DNA of 64,000 bases. Origin: an uncultured Pseudomonadota bacterium. GTDB lineage: Bacteria; Pseudomonadota; Gammaproteobacteria; Steroidobacterales; Steroidobacteraceae. The position numbers were made by a program, and so were the translations under genes. The stretch covers positions 6,830-70,829 of the forward strand of contig CAVVKQ010000013.1 in the NCBI GenBank assembly GCA_963748985.1, read 5' to 3'. This document shows positions 55,955-64,000 of the stretch, one piece after another. The notes beneath the pieces were generated by a model. That model was not told where the DNA came from, made no database searches, and worked only from the letters and a program-made list of their open reading frames with translations. How positions within the stretch are numbered: position 1 is the first letter of the stretch; each line of letters opens with the position of its first letter.

Positions 55955-55981
55955 GACCTTTTGCCGCGGCCCGGCATCTAA
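55955..55981 (+). promoter_or_regulatory. Candidate ECF (RpoE/AlgU-type) autoregulatory promoter GACCTT-N16-TCTAA
   Basis: GACCTT at 55955-55960 and TCTAA at 55977-55981. It ends 8 nt before the sigma-factor ATG (55990), which has no SD. A similar GAACTC-N16-TCCTA lies at 55122-55148 in front of the YkuD-like gene. Confidence 0.35.
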
Positions 55982-55989
55982 CCTGCCGA

Positions 55990-56604
55990 ATGTCCGCATT
56001 TCTCGACACTGCCCTCGATCCCGCCACGCTCGAGCGCGCTCGCGCCGGTGACGAAGCCGCGCTGGCCGAGATCTACCGGGCCTACGAAGTTCCGGTCCGC
56101 ACCCTGGCGTGTCGCATCGTGACGCCGCGCTCCGCGGCAGAGGACGTGGCCCAGGACGTCTTCGTCGACGTCATCACCCGGCTGCATCAGTTCGAGGGGC
56201 GCGGCTCGTTCGCGGGCTGGATCCGCAGCATTGCCATTTCACGCTGCCTCATGCAGTTGCGTTCGCCCTGGCATCGTGGCCAGCGCTGGCTGGCCGGGAC
56301 GACCCGCTCGATCGACGAGTTGCACCAGGACTGGCAGGCCGGGCGCCGGCCGGGTGCGGCGACCGCGGATCGGGCAGATGCGATCGACCTCGAGCGCGCA
56401 CTGGCACAACTCGGCGACAAGGCGCGGGCCGTCGTGTGGCTGCACGATGTCGAGGGGTGTACCCATGCCGAAATTGGTGCGCTGTTCGGCGCTTCGGCCA
56501 GTTTTTCCAAGTCGCAACTTGCCCGCGCGCACGAGCGCCTGCGGGACCTGCTGCATGTCGAAGGAGACGGGGCGTCATGCCTACCCGTATCGAGCACGCC
56601 ATGA
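55990..56604 (+). CDS. ECF-type RNA polymerase sigma-70 factor
   Basis: ORF 55747..56604, trimmed to ATG 55990. Region 2 ..AEDVAQDVFVDVITRLHQFEGRGSFAGWIRSIAISRCLMQLR.. and region 4 ..ARAVVWLHDVEGCTHAEIGALFGASASFSKSQLARAHERL.. Confidence 0.88.
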   Translation: MSAFLDTALDPATLERARAGDEAALAEIYRAYEVPVRTLACRIVTPRSAAEDVAQDVFVDVITRLHQFEGRGSFAGWIRSIAISRCLMQLRSPWHRGQRWLAGTTRSIDELHQDWQAGRRPGAATADRADAIDLERALAQLGDKARAVVWLHDVEGCTHAEIGALFGASASFSKSQLARAHERLRDLLHVEGDGASCLPVSSTP

Positions 56605-57125
56605 ACCTGCCCGACCAACTCCGTTCGTTGCCGACGGCCGAGCCGCGTCCGGACGGCTGGGCCGACGTGCAGTCGCGCCTCGCCGCCAGGACAGCAGCGC
56701 ATGCGCGACGCAGGCTGGGCCTGCAGCTCGCGGCCGCGGCCTCCGTTGCGATCATTGCCGTGACGGCCGCGTGGCGCATCGGGGACGTCGTGACCGAGCG
56801 CCCGGGCTCGATGGCTGCCGGACTCACGCCGCTCACGGCGGAACAGGCGCTCGCGCTCGATCGCGTCGCGCAGCTGCAGTCGCAGTCGCAAGCCCTCGAC
56901 GAAATGCTGTCGGTGATTGGCGAGCGTCCGGTCGTCGAGCGCGCCGGCACGAGCGTGCCGATCGATACGCTCGAGGCGCAGGTGCAGTGGATCGACCACC
57001 AGATTTCCGTCGGCGACGGTGCAATCGAACCGGGCTCTGCCGAGCAGCTCTGGCGCAAGCGCGTCGGTGCGATGAACTCCCTGGTGCAGTTGCGCTACGT
57101 GGAAGCGCAGCGCATCGACATGTGA
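56577..57125 (+). CDS. Single-pass membrane protein, putative short anti-sigma factor (no zinc-binding HxxxCxxC motif)
   Basis: ORF 56109..57125, trimmed to ATG 56577 (SD AAGGAG at 56561-56566), overlapping the sigma gene end. ATG 56601 (ATGA overlap) is an alternative start. About 45 cytoplasmic residues, TM LGLQLAAAASVAIIAVTAAW, then a ~110-aa periplasmic helical region. The assignment rests on position and topology only. Confidence 0.55.
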   Translation: MPTRIEHAMNLPDQLRSLPTAEPRPDGWADVQSRLAARTAAHARRRLGLQLAAAASVAIIAVTAAWRIGDVVTERPGSMAAGLTPLTAEQALALDRVAQLQSQSQALDEMLSVIGERPVVERAGTSVPIDTLEAQVQWIDHQISVGDGAIEPGSAEQLWRKRVGAMNSLVQLRYVEAQRIDM

Positions 57126-57141
57126 CAACGAGGACGTGACC

Positions 57142-58152
57142 ATGCAATCCCTACGGATCAGAACATTGGCGCACCGCGGGCTCGGCGCGTTGCTCGCGTC
57201 GGTAATCGTGCTCGCGGCGACGACGCAGGTTGCCGCAGCGGCCGAGACGCAGGACAAGGCGCAACTGCAGCAGCAGCTCGACGATGCGCGCGGCCGGCTC
57301 GACGATGCGGCGCGCGACGTCGCCGACCTCTCGCGCAAGCTCTACGGCGACGACTTCCAAGGCATGCCGATGCCGGCACCCGGCGGACCAACCCGTGGCG
57401 CCATGCTCGGCATCAACGTCGGCGGCAGTCCCGACCTTGCCGAAGGCGTCGAAGTGATGGGCGTGAGTCCGTCCGGACCGGCTGCCGCCGCCGGCCTGAA
57501 GACGGGTGACGTGATCGTGGCGATCGATGGCAAGGCGCTCAAGAAGACCGGCGACCGCGCCGCGAGTCGGCAGCTCGTCGAGCAGATGCGTGGCACGCAG
57601 CCGGGTCAGAAGGTCAAGGTCGACTACCTGCGCGACGGCAAGAAGCTGTCGACGACCGTGACGACGGTGGCCGCCGAGCCGCCCATGGCCCGCATGCTGC
57701 GTGAGCACATGCCGATGCTCGAGGGAATGCAGATTCCGCCGGACTGGGAAGAGATGATCAACCCGCGTGGCCGCGGCTTCCGTGCGCTCGAACTGGTGCC
57801 GATTACGCCCAGGCTCGGCCAGTACTTCGGCACGGACAAGGGCCTGCTCGTCGTCAAGGCGCCCCCCGTCCAAGGCCCGGGCCTGGAGGAGGGCGACGTG
57901 ATTCTTTCGATCGGTGGACGCACTCCGGAAAATCCGCGTCACGCCTTCCGCATCCTCGGGTCGTACCAGCCCAAGGAGAAGGTCAAGTTCGAAGTGCTGC
58001 GCCAGCGGAAGCCCCTGTCCCTCGACGTCCAGATGCCGGAGGCCGACACCAGTAATCCGGGATTCCGCCCTGGTCCGCCCCCGCGCGCACCCATCTCGCC
58101 GGTGCCACCCGCACCGCCGACCGACGCGAAGGGTGGCGGCATCTCGTCCTGA
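57142..58152 (+). CDS. Exported tandem-PDZ protein without a protease domain
   Basis: ORF 57136..58152; ATG 57142 has SD GAGGA at 57130-57134. Signal ..[19 protein letters not shown], then a coiled-coil segment. PDZ1: ..[32 protein letters not shown].. PDZ2: ..[27 protein letters not shown].. Pro-rich tail. No His/Asp/Ser trypsin-like domain is visible. Confidence 0.8.
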   Translation: MQSLRIRTLAHRGLGALLASVIVLAATTQVAAAAETQDKAQLQQQLDDARGRLDDAARDVADLSRKLYGDDFQGMPMPAPGGPTRGAMLGINVGGSPDLAEGVEVMGVSPSGPAAAAGLKTGDVIVAIDGKALKKTGDRAASRQLVEQMRGTQPGQKVKVDYLRDGKKLSTTVTTVAAEPPMARMLREHMPMLEGMQIPPDWEEMINPRGRGFRALELVPITPRLGQYFGTDKGLLVVKAPPVQGPGLEEGDVILSIGGRTPENPRHAFRILGSYQPKEKVKFEVLRQRKPLSLDVQMPEADTSNPGFRPGPPPRAPISPVPPAPPTDAKGGGISS

Positions 58153-58172
58153 GCAACCCGAGTAATGCAGCT

Positions 58173-58204
58173 GCAGAGGGGTCCGTGCAAACGGGTCCCT
58201 CTGC
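58173..58204 (+). terminator. Hairpin downstream of the PDZ gene (terminator-like, no U-tract)
   Basis: GCAGAGGGGTCCG (58173-58185) / CGGGTCCCTCTGC (58192-58204), a 13-bp stem with a 2-nt internal mismatch and loop TGCAAA. Confidence 0.35.
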
Positions 58205-58220
58205 TAGCATGCGCGCCCCT

Positions 58221-60412
<2,192 letters not shown>

Positions 60413-60467
60413 TCGGCGGTCATTTTCCAAGCATGACCCCTCGGTCGAGGGGCAACAGGAGTTCCTG

Positions 60468-60797
60468 ATGGACTGGTTGATCGCGAGCGCCCACGCCCAG
60501 GCGGCCACGGGTGCCCAGCCGAATGCGCTGCTGCAGATGCTGCCCTTGCTGCTCATCTTCGTCGTGTTCTACTTCCTGCTGATCCGGCCCCAGGCCAAGC
60601 GGGCGAAGGAGCACAAGGCCCTGGTGGCCGCACTCGGCGTCGGCGACGAAGTCGTCACGGCCGGCGGCATCCTCGGCAAGGTCACCGAGACCTCCGACAA
60701 TTTCCTCACCGTCGAAATCGCGAGCGGCGTGCAGGTGAAGGTCCAGCGCCATACGGTCACCAGCGTGCTGCCCAAGGGCACCCTGAAGAGCGCCTGA
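60468..60797 (+). CDS. yajC: Preprotein translocase subunit YajC
   Basis: ORF 60330..60797, trimmed to ATG 60468. ..LLIFVVFYFLLIRPQAKRAKEHKALVAAL..GDEVVTAGGILGKV.. Confidence 0.9.
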   Translation: MDWLIASAHAQAATGAQPNALLQMLPLLLIFVVFYFLLIRPQAKRAKEHKALVAALGVGDEVVTAGGILGKVTETSDNFLTVEIASGVQVKVQRHTVTSVLPKGTLKSA

Positions 60798-60819
60798 ACA
60801 GTCGTCCCGGAGTTCGCGC

Positions 60820-62691
60820 ATGCACAGTTACCCGGCCTGGAAACTCTGGCTGGTCGTCATCGTCCTGCTCGCGGGCACGGTGCTCGCCCTGCCGAACGTG
60901 TTCGGCGAGGCGCCCGCACTGCAGCTCTCGCGCAATGACCGCACCGCCGTCACCGACCTCCAGCGCGAGCAGGTCGTCTCGCTGCTGCAGTCCAAGGGCG
61001 CGACGGTCGAGAACTCGTACCTCGAGGGCGATCGACTCGTCCTGCGCTTCGACGACGTGAGCACGCGCCTCAAGGCGCGCGACGTCATGCAGCAAGGCAC
61101 AGCAGCCGAATATCTCGTGGCGCTGTCCGACGTGCCCCGCACGCCGGGCTGGATGCGAGCGCTGGGGCTTAAGCCGATGAGCCTCGGCCTCGACCTGCGC
61201 GGCGGCGTCTACTTCATGTACGAAGTCGACGCGCAGGGTGCCGTGAAGCAGCTGCTCACGAGCATGGAGAGCGACTACCGCACGATGCTGCGCAAGGAAC
61301 GCATTCCTTTCACCGGCGTGGCCAGCGACGGCGTCGACACGGTCAGGATCGGCTTGCGCAGTGGCGACGACGCGGAGAGGTTCGCGAGCCTGCTGCGCAA
61401 ACAGGACCCGAACCTGTCTGTCGACACGGACACGCTCGGCGAGGGCGGTTCCGTCACGGTCAGCCTGAGCCCGACGCAGATCAAGCAGCGCCAGGACTTC
61501 GCCATCCAGCAGAACATCACCACGCTGCGCAATCGCGTGGACGAGCTCGGCGTCACGGAGCCGATCGTCGCCCGCCAGGGCCTCGACCGCATCGTCGTGC
61601 AGCTGCCCGGCGTGCAGGATCCCAACGAAGCGCTGCGCGTGCTCGGTGCGACCGCCACCCTCGAGTTCCGGCTCGTGGACGAACAGAACGACCCATTGCT
61701 TGCCGCCAGCACGAAGCGTGCACCGCTCGGCACGAAGCTCTACCACACGCGCGATGGCCGTCCGGTCCTGCTCAAGCGTGAGACGATCGTCTCGGGTGAG
61801 CAGCTCACGGACGCCAGCTCCGGCTTCCAGGAGGGCGAGCCCGCGGTCATGGTCACGCTCGATGCGCGCGGTGCGTCGAAGATGCTCGAGACCACGCGCC
61901 AGAACCTCGGCAAACCCATGGCAGTCGTGTTCATCGAGAAGAAGCGTGTAACCGACGACCAGCCCTGCAAGGGCACCCGCGCGGGTAACGAATGCACCGT
62001 CGAGGAGGTCATCAACCAGGCGACCATCCGCGGCGTGTTCGGCAGCAACTTCCAGATCACGGGCGTGATGGCCAACGAGGCGCGTGAACTTGCGCTGCTG
62101 CTGCGCGCTGGTTCGCTGGCTGCCCCGCTCTACATCGTCGAGCAGCGCAGTGTCGGCCCGAGCCTCGGCGCCGACAACATCGCGCGCGGCGTTCGCGCGC
62201 TGATCATCGGCATGCTGGCCACGTTCGCTTTCATGGCTGTCTACTACCATGGGTTCGGCATGGTCGCGAACGTCGTGCTGCTGACCAACGTCGTGCTGCT
62301 CGCGGCACTGCTCTCGATGCTGCAGGCTTCTCTTTCGCTGCCGGGCATCGCGGGCATTGTGCTCACGGTGGGCATGGCCGTGGACGCCAACATCCTGATC
62401 TTCGAGCGCATCCGCGAGGAATTGCGCAATGGGATGAGTCCGCATGCCGCAATCAACGCGGGTTACGAGAAGGCCTTCTCCGCGATCGCGGACTCGAACA
62501 TCACGACGCTGATCGCGGGCATCGTGCTGTTCACGTTCGGCACCGGCCCGGTCCGCGGCTTCGCCGTCGTGCTGTCGCTCGGCATCGTCACTTCGATGTT
62601 CACCGCGCTGATCGTCAGCCGCGCGCTCGTCTACCTGCTCTGGGACCGCAAGCGCAAGCTCGACCGCCTCTCGATCGGGATGGGGTACTGA
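60820..62691 (+). CDS. secD: Protein translocase subunit SecD
   Basis: 623 aa. ..LGLDLRGGVYF.., ..RNRVDELGVTEPIVARQG..IVVQLPGVQD.., and a C-terminal 6-TM block ..AVDANILIFERIREE.. Confidence 0.93.
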   Translation: MHSYPAWKLWLVVIVLLAGTVLALPNVFGEAPALQLSRNDRTAVTDLQREQVVSLLQSKGATVENSYLEGDRLVLRFDDVSTRLKARDVMQQGTAAEYLVALSDVPRTPGWMRALGLKPMSLGLDLRGGVYFMYEVDAQGAVKQLLTSMESDYRTMLRKERIPFTGVASDGVDTVRIGLRSGDDAERFASLLRKQDPNLSVDTDTLGEGGSVTVSLSPTQIKQRQDFAIQQNITTLRNRVDELGVTEPIVARQGLDRIVVQLPGVQDPNEALRVLGATATLEFRLVDEQNDPLLAASTKRAPLGTKLYHTRDGRPVLLKRETIVSGEQLTDASSGFQEGEPAVMVTLDARGASKMLETTRQNLGKPMAVVFIEKKRVTDDQPCKGTRAGNECTVEEVINQATIRGVFGSNFQITGVMANEARELALLLRAGSLAAPLYIVEQRSVGPSLGADNIARGVRALIIGMLATFAFMAVYYHGFGMVANVVLLTNVVLLAALLSMLQASLSLPGIAGIVLTVGMAVDANILIFERIREELRNGMSPHAAINAGYEKAFSAIADSNITTLIAGIVLFTFGTGPVRGFAVVLSLGIVTSMFTALIVSRALVYLLWDRKRKLDRLSIGMGY

Positions 62692-62693
62692 TA

Positions 62694-63629
62694 ATGGAAT
62701 TCTTCCACAAGAAGACCAGCTACCCGTTCATGGCCGCCCGCAAGCGGTGGTACGTGTTCTCGGTGGTGCTGATCCTTGGTTCGCTGCTGGCGCTGGGCAT
62801 CCGCGGCATCAACTTCGGCATCGACTTCACCGGCGGCGTGGTGCTCGAGATGAGCTTCCCGCAGGCGGCCGACCTCGAGAAGGTCCGCGATTCGCTCGAG
62901 CAAGCGGGTTACGGCGATGCCGTGGTGCAGAGTTTCGGCACCCCGCGCGACGTGCTGGTGCGCATGCTCCCCGAGGAGGGCACGGACAACAACGTGCTCG
63001 GCCGCAAGGTGCTGGCGGCGATCCAGTCCGAGAATCCGGGCGTCGAACTGCGTCGCACGGAAGTCGTGGGCGGGCAGGTGGGTGCCGAGCTTGCCGAGAA
63101 AGGCGCACTCGCCGTGCTGTTCACTTTCTTCTTCATCCTGCTGTACGTCTGGGCGCGCTTCCAGTGGAAGCTCGGCGTCGGCGCCATCGTCGGGGCGCTG
63201 CACGACCCGATTGTCATCCTGGGATTCTTCGCGGTAACCCAGATGACGTTCGACCTGCCGGCTCTTGCGGCGATCCTGGCCGTCATCGGCTACTCGCTGA
63301 ACGACACCGTCGTCGTGTTCGACCGCATCCGCGAGCGCTTCGTGTCGATGCGCAAGGGCACGAGCGAGCAGGTGATCGACACGTCGATCAACGAGACGCT
63401 GTCACGAACGATCATGACCAGCTCCACGACCATGCTCACCGTCTTTGCCTTGCTGTTCTTCGGCGGCGAGATCCTGCGTGGCTTTTCGACCGCCCTCACG
63501 CTCGGCATCGTGGTGGGCACCTACTCGTCGATCTACATCGCGAGCGCGCTGGCCCTCGACCTCAAGCTCACGGCGCGCGACCTGTTGCCCGTGCAGAAAG
63601 AAAAGGACGCCGTCGACGATATGCCCTGA
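62694..63629 (+). CDS. secF: Protein translocase subunit SecF
   Basis: 311 aa. ..GINFGIDFTGG.., ..GYSLNDTVVVFDRIRE.., ..TLSRTIMTS.. Confidence 0.93.
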   Translation: MEFFHKKTSYPFMAARKRWYVFSVVLILGSLLALGIRGINFGIDFTGGVVLEMSFPQAADLEKVRDSLEQAGYGDAVVQSFGTPRDVLVRMLPEEGTDNNVLGRKVLAAIQSENPGVELRRTEVVGGQVGAELAEKGALAVLFTFFFILLYVWARFQWKLGVGAIVGALHDPIVILGFFAVTQMTFDLPALAAILAVIGYSLNDTVVVFDRIRERFVSMRKGTSEQVIDTSINETLSRTIMTSSTTMLTVFALLFFGGEILRGFSTALTLGIVVGTYSSIYIASALALDLKLTARDLLPVQKEKDAVDDMP

Positions 63630-63671
63630 GGGGCATGTCTTCCACGCAACCGGGTAAGGACAGGGCAACCG

Positions 63672-64000
63672 ATGGTCGAATTCGTCTGGTTCGGCTTTCT
63701 TGCGCTGTTCCTCGGGCTGCTGATCCTCGACCTCAGCATCCTGCATCGCGAGTCGACGACGCTCTCGGTCAAGCAGGCGCTGTTCTGGACGGCCGTCTGG
63801 GTCAGCGTGGCGATGTCCTACGCCGGGGTCATCTACGGACTGTACGAATATCGCTGGCTCGGCTTCGAGCCGGGCCCCGGGGTCGCCGGCGGCGCCGATG
63901 CGGTCGTCCAGTACGTGACCGGCTACCTGCTCGAGTGGTCGCTGTCGGTCGACAACATCTTCGTGATCGCGCTGATCTTTGCGTACCTCAGGATCCCGAC
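63672..64000 (+). CDS. TerC-family integral membrane protein (N-terminal part; runs off the window)
   Basis: My translation from ATG 63672: MVEFVWFGFLALFLGLLILDLSILHRE..KQALFWTAVWVSVAMSYAG..YVTGYLLEWSLSVDNIFVIALIFAYLRIP. The EWSLSxDN motif is typical of TerC/Alx. The frame is open at the window edge, so it is absent from the ORF track. Confidence 0.8.
   Translation, partial: MVEFVWFGFLALFLGLLILDLSILHRESTTLSVKQALFWTAVWVSVAMSYAGVIYGLYEYRWLGFEPGPGVAGGADAVVQYVTGYLLEWSLSVDNIFVIALIFAYLRIP

Overview
High-GC chromosomal segment (roughly two-thirds G+C by eye, not computed). Gene content and synteny (queA-tgt-yajC-secD-secF, xerD-dsbC, five TonB-dependent receptors, the large NAD-specific GDH, PnuT-type thiamine salvage) suggest a gammaproteobacterium of the Xanthomonadales/Nevskiales type; this is inference only. 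I support about 55 protein genes, 2 tRNAs, 1 TPP riboswitch, several hairpin terminators and two families of extragenic palindromic repeats.

Gene order:
- A complete molybdenum-cofactor operon whose last gene reads as a MoaE-MoeB fusion.
- mmsA and tRNA-Arg.
- A TonB-dependent receptor (TBDR) block headed by a TPR-sulfotransferase.
- Amidohydrolase, MBL-fold hydrolase and a ModF-like ATPase, then PhzF.
- A TPP-riboswitch-controlled thiamine salvage operon (TBDR, YkoF-like, PnuT, kinase).
- A ferredoxin, NTF2-like, NMO and SDR group, then gpmA.
- A thiolase, then the minus-strand chain Fe-S oxidoreductase, acetoacetyl-CoA synthetase, zapE, marR, gdhB, GT2.
- ETF-QO, and a TetR-controlled acyl-CoA block (thiolase, two SDRs) facing icmF.
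- plsC, xerD, dsbC, fdxA, a NUDIX gene and tRNA-Leu.
- An L,D-transpeptidase, ECF sigma, short anti-sigma and protease-less tandem-PDZ module.
- queA, tgt, yajC, secD, secF and a partial TerC gene.

I found no CRISPR array, no transposase, no phage genes, no recognisable defence genes, and no integrase other than xerD. Most of the window is housekeeping.

Observations worth a second look:
1. Three copies of a ~57-nt conserved core, each nested inside a different copy-specific long inverted repeat, with compensatory changes in an inner hairpin.
2. A 195-bp inverted repeat with perfect tips whose arms are canonical G-quadruplex motifs. It fills a convergent intergenic gap exactly, and a solo arm abuts tRNA-Leu.
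3. Two single-nucleotide frameshifts in conserved redox/SDR genes.
4. The ECF sigma / short anti-sigma / tandem-PDZ / YkuD module, with two matching ECF-type promoter candidates.
5. The TPR-sulfotransferase plus tandem paralogous TBDR unit.
6. The MoaE-MoeB fusion.

The many long ORFs antisense to these genes are treated as GC-driven artefacts.
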